A stretch of 64,000 bases of DNA. Source: Eledone cirrhosa. Its lineage: Eukaryota. Below are positions 14,701 through 27,929 of the stretch, piece by piece (position 1 is the stretch's first letter; each line of letters begins with the position of its first letter). The notes below the pieces were generated by a model, which did no database searches, was not told the origin of the DNA, and saw only the letters and a list, made by a program, of their open reading frames with translations. The DNA is taken from contig OZ024747.1 of NCBI GenBank assembly GCA_964016885.1, positions 28,706,001 through 28,770,000 of the forward strand, written 5' to 3'. The position numbers and the translations under genes are program-made.

Positions 14701-17700
14701 CAGAACAAATATTGTAGATGTAAAACTGACAATATGGTACTACAGTGGTAGACAGAACAGTATTATAGATGTAAAACTGACAACATGATACTACAGTGGT
14801 AGACAGAACAGTATAGTAGATGTAAAACTGACAACATGGTACTACAGCGGCAGACAGAACAGTATTGTAGATGTAAAACTGACAACATGGTACTACAGTG
14901 GCAGACAGACCAGTATTGTAGATGTAAAACTGACAATATGGTACTACAGTGGCAGACAGAACAGTATTGTAGATGTAAAACTGACAACATGGTACTACAG
15001 TGGTAGACAGAACAGTATTGTAGATGTAAAACTGACAACATGGTACTACAGTGGTAGACAGAAAAGTATTGTAGATGTAAAACTGACAACATGGTACTAC
15101 AGTGGCAGACAGAACAGTATTGTAGATGTAAAACTGACAACATGATACTACAGTGGTAGACAGACCACTACTGTAGATGTAAAACTGACAACATGGTACT
15201 ACAGTGGTAGACAGAACAGTATTGTAGATGTAAAACTGACAACATGGTACTACAGTGGTAGACAGAACAGTATTGTAGATGTAAAACTGACAACATGGTA
15301 CTACAGTGGTAGACAGAACAGTATTGTAGATGTAAAACTGACAACATGGTACTACAGTGGCAGACAGAACAGTATTGTAGATGTAAAACAGACAACATGG
15401 TACTACAGTGGTAGACAGAACAATATTGTAGATGTAAAACTGACAACATGGTACTACGGTGGTAGACAGAATAGTATTGTAGATGTAAAACTGACAACAT
15501 GATACTACAGTGGTAGACAGAACAGTATTGTAGATGTAAAACTGACAACATGGTACTACAGTGGCAGACAGAACAGTATTGTAGACGTAAAACTGACAAG
15601 ATGATACTACAGAGGTAGACAGACGACTACTGTAGATGTAAAACTGACAACATGGTACTACAGTGGTAGACAGAACAGTATTGTAGATGTAAAACTGACA
15701 ACATGGTACTACAGTGGCAGACAGAACAGTATTGCAGATGTAAAACTGACAACATGGTACTACAGTGGTAGACAGAAAAGTATTGTAGATGTAAAACTGA
15801 CAACATGGTACTAAGGTGGCAGACAGAATAAATATTGTAGATGTAAAACTGACAATATGGTACTACAGTGGTAGACAGAACAGTATTGCAGATGTAAAAC
15901 TAACAACATGGTAGTACAGTGGCAGATAGAACAATATTGTAGATGTAAAACTGACAACATGGTACTACAGTGGCAGACAGAACAGTATTGTAGATGTAAA
16001 ACTGACAACATGGTACTACAGTGATAGACAGAACAGTATTGTAGATGTAAAACTGACAACATGGTACTACAGTGGCAGACCGAACAATATTGTAGATGTA
16101 AAACTAACAGCATGGTACTAAGGTGGCAGACAGAACAGTATTGTAGATGTAAAACTAACAGCATGGTACTAAGGTGGCAGACAGCACAATATTGTACATG
16201 TAAAACTGACAACATGATACTACAGTGGTAGACAGAACAGTATTGTAAATGTAAAACTGACAATATGGTACTACAGTGGCAGACAGAACAGTATTGTAGA
16301 TGTAAAACTGACAACATGGTACTACAGTGGTAGACTGAACAGTATTGTAGATGTAAAACTGACAACATGGTACTACAGTGGTAGACAGAACAGTATTGTA
16401 GATGTAAAACTGACAACATGGTACTACAGTGGTAGACAGAACAGTATTGTAGATGTAAAACTGACAACATGGTACTACAGTGGTAGACAGAACAGTATTG
16501 TAGATGTAAAACTGACAACATGGTACTACAGTGGCAGACAGAACAGTATTGTAGATGTAAAACAGACAACATGGTACTACAGTGGTAGACAGAACAATAT
16601 TGTAGATGTAAAACTGACAACATGGTACTACGGTGGTAGACAGAATAGTATTGTAGATGTAAAACTGACAACATGATACTACAGTGGTAGACAGAACAGT
16701 ATTGTAGATGTAAAACTGACAACATGGTACTACAGTGGCAGACAGAACAGTATTGTAGACGTAAAACTGACAAGATGATACTACAGAGGTAGACAGACGA
16801 CTACTGTAGATGTAAAACTGACAACATGGTACTACAGTGGTAGGCAGAACAGTATTGTAGATGTAAAACTGACAACATGGTACTACAGTGGCAGACAGAA
16901 CAGTATTGCAGATGTAAAACTGACAACATGGTACTACAGTGGCAGATAGAACAGTATTGTAGATGTAAAACTGACAACATGGTACTAAGGTGGCAGACAG
17001 AATAAATATTGTAGATGTAAAACTGACAATATGGTACTACAGTGGTAGACAGAACAGTATTGCAGATGTAAAACTAACAACATGGTACTACAGTGGCAGA
17101 TAGAACAATATTGTAGATGTAAAATTGACAACATGGTACTACAGTGGCAGACAGAACAGTATTGTAGATGTAAAACTGACAACATGGTACTACAGTGATA
17201 GACAGAACAGTATTGTAGATGTAAAACTGACAACATGGTACTACAGTGGCAGACAGAATAATATTGTAGATGTAAAACTAACAGCATGGTACTAAGGTGG
17301 CAGATAGAACAGTATTGTAGATGTAAAACTGACAACATGATACTACAGTGGCAGACAGAACAGTATTGTAGATGTAAAACTGACAACATAATACTACAGT
17401 GGTAGAAAGAACAGTATTTTAGATGTAAAACTGACAACATGGTACTACAGTGGCAGACAGAACAGTATTGTAGATGTAAAACTGACAAAATAGAACTACA
17501 GTGGCAGACAGAACAGTATTTTAGATGTAAAACTGACAACATTATACTACAGTGGCAAACAGAACAGTATTGTAGATGTAAAACTGACAACATGGTACTA
17601 CAGTGGTAGACAGAACAGTATTATAGATGTACAACTGACAACATGGTACTACAGTGGCAGACAGAACAGTATTGTAGATCTAAAACTGACAACATGGTAC

Positions 17701-20700
17701 TACAGTGGCAGACAGAACAGTATTGTAGATGTGAAATTAACAACATGGTACTACAGTGGTAGACACAACAGTATTTTAGATGTAAAACTGACAACATGGT
17801 ACTACAGAGGCAGACAGAACAGTATTGTAGATGTAAAACTGACAAGATGATACTACAGTGGTAGACAGACCACTACTGTAAATGTAAAACTGACAACATG
17901 GTACTACAGCGGTAGACAGAACAGTATTGTAGATGTAAAACTGACAACATGGTACTACAGTGGCAGACAGAACAGTACTGTTGATGTAAAACTGACTACA
18001 TGGTACTAAGGTTGCAGACAGAACAAATATTGTAGATGTAAAACTGACAATATGGTACTACAGTGGTAGACAGAACAGTATTATAGATGTAAAACTGACA
18101 ACATGATACTACAGTGGTAGACAGAACAGTATAGTAGATGTAAAACTGACAACATGGTACTACAGTGGCAGACAGAACAGTATTGTAGATGTAAAACTGA
18201 CAACATGGTACTACAGTGGCAGACAGACCAGTATTGTAGATGTAAAACTGACAATATGGTACTACAGTGGCAGACAGAACAGTATTGTAGATGTAAAACT
18301 GACAACATGGTACTACAGTGGCAGACAGAACAGTATTGTAGATGTGAAATTAACAACATGGTACTACAGTGGTAGACACAACAGTATTTTAGATGTAAAA
18401 CTGACAACATGGTACTACAGAGGCAGACAGAACAGTATTGTAGATGTAAAACTGACAAGATGATATTACAGTGGTAGACAGACCACTACTGTAAATGTAA
18501 AACTGACAACATGGTACTACAGCGGTAGACAGAACAGTATTGTAGATGTAAAACTGACAACATGGTACTACAGTGGCAGACAGAACAGTACTGTTGATGT
18601 AAAACTGACAACATGGTACTAAGGTGGCAGACAGAACAAATATTGTAGATGTAAAACTGACAATATGGTACTACAGTGGTAGACAGAACAGTATTATAGA
18701 TGTAAAACTGACAACATGATACTACAGTGGTAGACAGAACAGTATAGTAGATGTAAAACTGACAACATGGTACTACAGTGGCAGACAGAACAGTATTGTA
18801 GATGTAAAACTGACAACATGGTACTACAGTGGCAGACAGACCAGTATTGTAGATGTAAAACTGACAATATGGTACTACAGTGGCAGACAGAACAGTATTG
18901 TAGATGTAAAACTGACAACATGGTACTACAGTGGTAGACTGAACAGTATTGTAGATGTAAAACTGACAACATGGTACTACAGTGGTAGACAGAACAGTAT
19001 TGTAGATGTAAAACTGACAACATGGTACTACAGTGGCAGACAGAACAGTATTGTAGATGTAAAACTGACAACATAGTACTACAGTGGTAGACAGACCACG
19101 ACTGTAGGTGTAAAACTGACAACATGGTACTACAGTGGTAGACAGAACAGTATTGTAGATGTAAAACTGACAACATGGTACTACAGTGGTAGACAGAACA
19201 GTATTGTAGATGTAAAACTGACAACATGGTACTACAGTGGTAGACAGAACAGTATTGTAGATGTAAAACTGACAACATGGTACTACAGTGGCAGACAGAA
19301 CAGTATTGTAGATGTAAAACAGACAACATGGTACTACAGTGGTAGACAGAACAATATTGTAGATGTAAAACTGACAACATGGTACTACGGTGGTAGACAG
19401 AATAGTATTGTAGATGTAAAACTGACAACATGATACTACAGTGGTAGACAGAACAGTATTGTAGATGTAAAACTGACAACATGGTACTACAGTGGCAGAC
19501 AGAACAGTATTGTAGACGTAAAACTGACAAGATGATACTACAGAGGTAGACAGACGACTACTGTAGATGTAAAACTGACAACATGGTACTACAGTGGTAG
19601 GCAGAACAGTATTGTAGATGTAAAACTGACAACATGGTACTACAGTGGCAGACAGAACAGTATTGCAGATGTAAAACTGACAACATGGTACTACAGTGGC
19701 AGATAGAACAGTATTGTAGATGTAAAACTGACAACATGGTACTAAGGTGGCAGACAGAATAAATATTGTAGATGTAAAACTGACAATATGGTACTACAGT
19801 GGTAGACAGAACAGTATTGCAGATGTAAAACTAACAACATGGTACTACAGTGGCAGATAGAACAATATTGATGATGTAAAATTGACAACATGGTACTACA
19901 GTGGCAGACAGAACAGTATTGTAGATGTAAAACTGACAACATGGTACTACAGTGATAGACAGAACAGTATTGTAGATGTAAAACTGACAACATGGTACTA
20001 CAGTGGCAGACAGAATAATATTGTAGATGTAAAACTAACATCATGGTACTAAGGTGGCAGATAGAACAGTATTGTAGATGTAAAACTGACAACATGATAC
20101 TACAGTGGCAGACAGAACAGTATTGTAGATGTAAAACTGACAACATGATACTACAGTGGTAGACAGAACAGTATTGTAGATGTAAAACTGACATCATGGT
20201 ACTAAGGTGGCAGACAGAACAATATTGTAGATGTAAAACTGACAATATGATACTACAGAGGTAGACAGAACAGTATTGTAGATGTAAAACTGACAACATG
20301 GTACTACAGTGGCAGATAGAACAATATTGTAGATGTAAAACTGACAACATGATACTACAGGGGTAGACAGAACAGTATTGTAGATGTAAAACTGACAACA
20401 TGGTACTACAGTGGCAGACAGAACTGTATTGTAGATGTAAAACTGACAACATGGTACTACAGTGGCAGACAGAACAGTACTGTTGATGTAAAACTGACAA
20501 CATGGTACTAAGGTGGCAGACAGAACAAATATTGTAGATGGAAAAATTACAATATGGTACTACAGTGGTAGACAGAACAGTATTATAGATGTAAAACTGA
20601 CAACATGATACTACAGTGGTAGACAGAACAGTATAGTAGATGTAAAACTGACAACATGGTACTACAGTGGCAGACAGAACAGTATTGTAGATGTAAAACT

Positions 20701-23700
20701 GACAACATGGTACTACAGTGGCAGACAGAACAGTATTGTAGATGTAAAACTGACAATATGGTACTACAGTGGCAGACAGAACAGTATTGTAGATGTAAAA
20801 CTGACAACATGGTACTACAGTGGTAGACAGAACAGTATTGTAGATGTAAAACTGACAACATGGTACTACAGTGGTAGACAGAACAGTATTGTAGATGTAA
20901 AACTGACAACATGGTACTACAGTGGCAGACAGAACAGTATTGTAGATGTAAAACTGACAACATGATACTACAGTGGTAGACAGACCACTACTGTAGATGT
21001 AAAACTGACAACATGGTACTACAGTGGTAGACAGGTAGACAGACCAGTATTGTAGATGTAAAACAGACAACATGGTACTACAGTGGTAGACAGAACAATA
21101 TCGTAGATGTAAAATTGACAACATGGTACTACAGTGGTAGACAGAATAGTATTGTAGATGTAAAACTCACAACATGATACTACAGTGGTAGACAGAACAG
21201 TATTGTAGATGTAAAACTGACAACATGGTACTACAGTGGCAGACAGAACAGTATTGTAGATGTAAACCTGACAACATGATACTACAGAGGTAGACAGACC
21301 ACTACTGTAGATGTAAAACTGACAACATGGTACTACAGTGGTAGACAGAACAGTATTGTAGATGTAAAACTGACAACATGGTACTACAATGGCAGACAGA
21401 ACAGTATTGCAGATGTAAAACTGACAACATGGTACTACAGTGGCAGATAGAACAGTATTGTAGATGTAAAACTGACAACATGGTACTAAGGTGGCAGACA
21501 GAATAAATATTGTAGATGTAAAACTGACAATATGGTACTACAGTGGTAGACAGAACAGTATTGTAGATGTAAAACTAACAACATGGTACTACAGTGGCAG
21601 ATAGAACAATATTGTAGATGTAAAATTGACAACATGGTACTACAGTGGTAGACAGAACAGTATTGTAGATGTAAAACTGACAACATGGTACTACAGTGGC
21701 AGACAGAACAATATTGTAGATGTAAAACTAACAGCATGGTACTAAGGTGGCAGATAGAACAGTATTGTAGATGTAAAACTAACATCATGGTACTAAGGTG
21801 GCAGACAGCATAATATTGTACATGTAAAACTGACAACATGATACTACAGTGGTAGACAGAACAGTATTGTAAATGTAAAACTGACAACATGGTACTACAG
21901 TGGCAGACAGAACAATATTGTAGATGTAAAACTGACAACATGGTACTACAGTAGAACAGTATTGTAGATGTAAAACTGACACCATAGTACTACAGTGGCA
22001 GATAGAACGGTATTGTAGATGTAAAACTAACAACATGGTACTACAGTGGTAGATAGAACAGTATTGTAGATGTAAAATTGACAACATGGTACTACAGTGG
22101 CAGACAGAACAGTATTGAAGATGTAAAACTGACAACATGATACTACAGTGGCAAACAGAACAGTATTGTAGATGTAAAACTGACAATATGGTACTACAGT
22201 GGTAGACAGAACAGTATTATAGATGTAAAACTGACAACATGGTACTACAGTGGTAGACAGACCACTACTGTAGATGTAGAACTGACAACACGGTACTACA
22301 GTGGCAGACAGAAAAATATTGTAGATGTAAAACTGACAACATGGTACTACAGTGGTAGACAGAACAGTATTATAGATGTACAACTGACAACATGGTACTA
22401 CAGTGGCAGACAGAACAGTATTGTAGATGTAAAACTGACAACATGGTACTACAGTGGCAGACAGAACAGTATTGTAGATGTAAAACTGACAACATAGTAT
22501 TACAGTGGCAGACAGAACAGTATTGTAGATGTAAAACTGACAACATAATACTACAGTGGTAGAAAGAACAGTAATTTAGATGTAAAACTGACAACATGGT
22601 ACTACAGTGGCAGACAGAACAGTATTGTAGATGTAAAACTGACAATATGATACTACAGTCGCAGACAGAACAGTATTGTAGATCTAAAACTGACAACATG
22701 ATACTACAGTGGTAGACAGAACAGTATTGTAGATGTAAAATTGACAACATGGTACTACAGTGGCAGACAGAACAGTATTGTAGATGTGAAATTAACAACA
22801 TGGTACTACAGTGGTAGACAGAACAGTATTTTAGATGTAAAACTGACAACATGGTACTACGGAGGCAGACAGAACAGTATTGTAGATGTAAAACTGACAA
22901 GATGATACTACAGTGGTAGACAGACCACTACTGTAAATGTAAAACTGACAACATGGTACTACAGTGGTAGACAGAACAGTATTGTAGATGTAAAACTGAC
23001 AACATGGTACTACAGTGGCAGACAGAACAGTACTGTTGATGTAAAACTGACAACATGGTACTAAGGTGGCAGACAGAACAAATATTGTAGATGTAAAACT
23101 GACAATATGGTACTACAGTGGTAGACAGAATAGTATTATAGATGTAAAACTGACAACATGATACTACAGTGGTAGACAGAACAGTATAGTAGATGTAAAA
23201 CTGACAACATGGTACTACAGTGGTAGACAGAACAGTATTATAGATGTACAACTGACAACATGGTACTACAGTGGCAGACAGAACAGTATTGTAGATGTAA
23301 AACTGACAACATAGTATTACAGTGGCAGACAGAACAGTATTGTAGATGTAAAACTGACAACATAATACTACAGTGGTAGAAAGAACAGTATTTTAGATGT
23401 AAAACTGACAACATGGTACTACAGTGGCAGACAGAACAGTATTATAGATGTAAAACTGACAACATAGAACTACAGTGGCAGACAGAACAGTATTTTAGAT
23501 GTAAAACTGACAACATTATACTACAGTGGCAAACAGAACAGTATTGTAGATGTAAAACTGACAACATGGTACTACAGTGGTAGACAGAACAGTATTATAG
23601 ATGTACAACTGACAACATGGTACTACAGTGGCAGACAGAACAGTATTGTAGATGTAAAACTGACAACATAGTACTACAGTGGCAGACAGAACAGTATTTT

Positions 23701-26700
23701 AGATGTAAAACTGACAACATGGTACTACAGTGGCAGACAGTTCAATATTGCAGATGTAAAACTGACAACATGGTACTACAGTGGCAGACAGAACAGTATT
23801 GTAGATGTAAAACTGACAATATGATACTACAGTGGCAGACAGAACAGTATTGTAGATCCAAAACTGACAACATGATACTACAGTGGTAGACAGAACAGTA
23901 TTGTAGATGTAAAATTGACAACATGGTACTACATTGGCAGACAGAACAGTATTGTAGATGTAAAACTGACAACATGGTACTACAGTGGCAGACAGAACAG
24001 TATTGTAGATGTGAAATTAACAACATGGTACTACAGTGGTAGACAGAACAGTATTTTAGATGTAAAACTGACAACATGGTACTACAGAGGCAGACAGAAC
24101 AGTATTGTAGATGTAAAACTGACAAGATGATACTACAGTGGTAGACAGACCACTACTGTAAATGTAAAACTGACAACATGGTACTACAGTGGTAGACAGA
24201 ACAGTATTGTAGATGTAAAACTGACAACATGGTACTACAGTGGCAGACAGAACAGTACTGTTGATGTAAAACTGACAACATGGTACTAAGGTGGCAGACA
24301 GAACAAATATTGTAGATGTAAAACTGACAATATGGTACTACAGTGGTAGACAGAACAGTATTATAGATGTAAAACTGACAACATGATACTACAGTGGTAG
24401 ACAGAACAGTATAGTAGATGTAAAACTGACAACATGGTACTACAGTGGCAGACAGAACAGTATTGTAGATGTAAAACTGACAACATGGTACTACAGTGGC
24501 AGACAGAACAGTATTGTAGATGTAAAACTGACAACATTATACTACAGTGGCAAACAGAACAGTATTGTAGATGTAAAACTGACAACATGGTACTACAGTG
24601 GTAGACAGAACAGTATTATAGATGTACAACTGACAACATGGTACTACAGTGGCAGACAGAACAGTATTGTAGATGTAAAACTGACAACATAGTACTACAG
24701 TGGCAGACAGAACAGTATTTTAGATGTAAAACTGACAACATGGTACTACAGTGGCAGACAGTTCAATATTGCAGATGTAAAACTGACAACATGGTACTAC
24801 AGTGGCAGACAGAACAGTATTGTAGATGTAAAACTGACAATATGATACTACAGTGGCAGACAGAACAGTATTGTAGATCTAAAACTGACAACATGGTACT
24901 ACAGTGGCAGACAGAACAGTATTGTAGATGTGAAATTAACAACATGGTACTACAGTGGTAGACACAACAGTATTTTAGATGTAAAACTGACAACATGGTA
25001 CTACAGAGGCAGACAGAAGAGTATTGTAGATGTAAAACTGACAAGATGATACTACAGTGGTAGACAGACCACTACTGTAAATGTAAAACTGACAACATGG
25101 TACTACAGTGGTAGACAGAACAGTATTGTAGATGTAAAACTGACAACATGGTACTACAGTGGCAGACAGAACAGTACTGTTGATGTAAAACTGACAACAT
25201 GGTACTAAGGTGGCAGACAGAACAAATATTGTAGATGTAAAACTGACAATATGGTACTACAGTGGTAGACAGAACAGTATTATAGATGTAAAACTGACAA
25301 CATGATACTACAGTGGTAGACAGAACAGTATAGTAGATGTAAAACTGACAACATGGTACTACAGCGGCAGACAGAACAGTATTGTAGATGTAAAACTGAC
25401 AACATGGTACTACAGTGGCAGACAGACCAGTATTGTAGATGTAAAACTGACAATATGGTACTACAGTGGCAGACAGAACAGTATTGTAGATGTAAAACTG
25501 ACAACATGGTACTACAGTGGTAGACAGAACAGTATTGTAGATGTAAAACTGACAACATGGTACTACAGTGGTAGACAGAAAAGTATTGTAGATGTAAAAC
25601 TGACAACATGGTACTACAGTGGCAGACAGAACAGTATTGTAGATGTAAAACTGACAACATGATACTACAGTGGTAGACAGACCACTACTGTAGATGTAAA
25701 ACTGACAACATGGTACTACAGTGGTAGACAGAACAGTATTGTAGATGTAAAACTGACAACATGGTACTACAGTGGTAGACAGAACAGTATTGTAGATGTA
25801 AAACTGACAACATGGTACTACAGTGGTAGACAGAACAGTATTGTAGATGTAAAACTGACAACATGGTACTACAGTGGCAGACAGAACAGTATTGTAGATG
25901 TAAAACAGACAACATGGTACTACAGTGGTAGACAGAACAATATTGTAGATGTAAAACTGACAACATGGTACTACGGTGGTAGACAGAATAGTATTGTAGA
26001 TGTAAAACTGACAACATGATACTACAGTGGTAGACAGAACAGTATTGTAGATGTAAAACTGACAACATGGTACTACAGTGGCAGACAGAACAGTATTGTA
26101 GACGTAAAACTGACAAGATGATACTACAGAGGTAGACAGACGACTACTGTAGATGTAAAACTGACAACATGGTACTACAGTGGTAGACAGAACAGTATTG
26201 TAGATGTAAAACTGACAACATGGTACTACAGTGGCAGACAGAACAGTATTGCAGATGTAAAACTGACAACATGGTACTACAGTGGTAGACAGAAAAGTAT
26301 TGTAGATGTAAAACTGACAACATGGTACTAAGGTGGCAGACAGAATAAATATTGTAGATGTAAAACTGACAATATGGTACTACAGTGGTAGACAGAACAG
26401 TATTGCAGATGTAAAACTAACAACATGGTAGTACAGTGGCAGATAGAACAATATTGTAGATGTAAAACTGACAACATGGTACTACAGTGGCAGACAGAAC
26501 AGTATTGTAGATGTAAAACTGACAACATGGTACTACAGTGATAGACAGAACAGTATTGTAGATGTAAAACTGACAACATGGTACTACAGTGGCAGACCGA
26601 ACAATATTGTAGATGTAAAACTAACAGCATGGTACTAAGGTGGCAGACAGAACAGTATTGTAGATGTAAAACTAACAGCATGGTACTAAGGTGGCAGACA

Positions 26701-26780
26701 GCACAATATTGTACATGTAAAACTGACAACATGATACTACAGTGGTAGACAGAACAGTATTGTAAATGTAAAACTGACAA
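5732..26780. repeat. Near-identical tandem duplication, unit 10,517 bp = 206 monomers (copy 1 about 5732-16248, copy 2 about 16249-26780)
   Basis: ORF pairs share a constant offset of 10517 (6468/16985, 9225/19742, 11853/22370, 14763/25280, 15811/26328). The length reconciles as 206x51 + ten +1 monomers + 8 - 7. Flanking mismatches at 5731/16248 and 16264/26781 bracket the junction. Confidence 0.93.
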
Positions 26781-27220
26781 CATGGTACTACAGTGGCAGA
26801 CAGAACAATATTGTAGATGTAAAACTGACAACATGGTACTACAGTAGAACAGTATTGTAGATGTAAAACTGACAACATGGTACTACAGTGGCAGATAGAA
26901 CAGTATTGTAGATGTAAAACTAACAGCATGGTACTAAGGTGGCAGATAGAACTGTATTGTAGATGTAAAACTAACAGCATGGTACTAAGGTGGCAGACAG
27001 CACAATATTGTACATGTAAAACTGACAACATGATACTACAGTGATAGACAGAACAGTATCGTAAATGTAAAACTGACAACATGGTACTACAGTGGCAGAC
27101 AGAACAATATTGTAGATGTAAAACTGACAACATGGTACTACAGTAGAACAGTATTGTAGATGTAAAACTGACAACATGGTACTACAGTGGCAGATAGAAC
27201 AGTATTGTAGATGTAAAACT
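26600..27220. repeat. 299-bp (6-monomer, includes the 44-bp deletion monomer) tandem duplication
   Basis: ORF pair 26672/26971 is offset 299 = 6x51-7. The deletion monomer cagtagaac occurs at about 26842 and 27141. Confidence 0.75.
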
Positions 27221-27929
27221 AACAACATGGTACTACAGTGGTAGATAGAACAGTATTGTAGATCTAAAATTGACAACATGGTACTACAGTGGCAGACAGA
27301 ACAGTATTGAAGATGTAAAACTGACAACATGATACTACAGTGGCAAACAGAACAGTATTGTAGATGTAAAACTGACAATATGGTACTACAGTGGTAGACA
27401 GAACAGTATTATAGATGTAAAACTGACAACATGGTACTACAGTGGTAGACAGACCACTGCCGTAGATGTAGAACTGACAACATGGTACTACAGTGGCAGA
27501 CAGAAAAATATTGTAGATGTAAAACTGACAACATGGTACTACAGTGGTAGATAGAACAGTATTATAGATGTACAACTGACAACATGGTACTACAGTGGCA
27601 GACAGAACAGTATTGTAGATGTAAAACTGACAACATGGTACTACAGTGGCAGACAGAACAGTATTGTAGATGTAAAACTGACAACATTATACTACAGTGG
27701 CAAACAGAACAGTATTGTAGATGTAAAACTGACAACATGGTACTACAGTGTTAGACAGAACAGTATTATAGTTGTACAACTGACAACATGGTACTACAGT
27801 GGCAGACAGTTCAATATTGCAGATGTAAAACTGACAATATGGTACTACAGTGGCAGACAGAACGGTATTGTAGATGTTAAACTGACAATATGATACTACA
27901 GTGGCAGACAGAACAGTATTGTAGATGTG

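Larger units (their letters stand above)
1..27800. repeat. Sub-family domain A of the array
   Basis: Variants actaaggtgg (last seen near 26985), the 52-bp monomer ending aacaaatatt/aataaatatt, tactgttgatg (16 copies seen, 924-25175), gacaagatgatac and the 44-bp monomer acagtagaacag were seen only here. The boundary is approximate. Confidence 0.8.
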
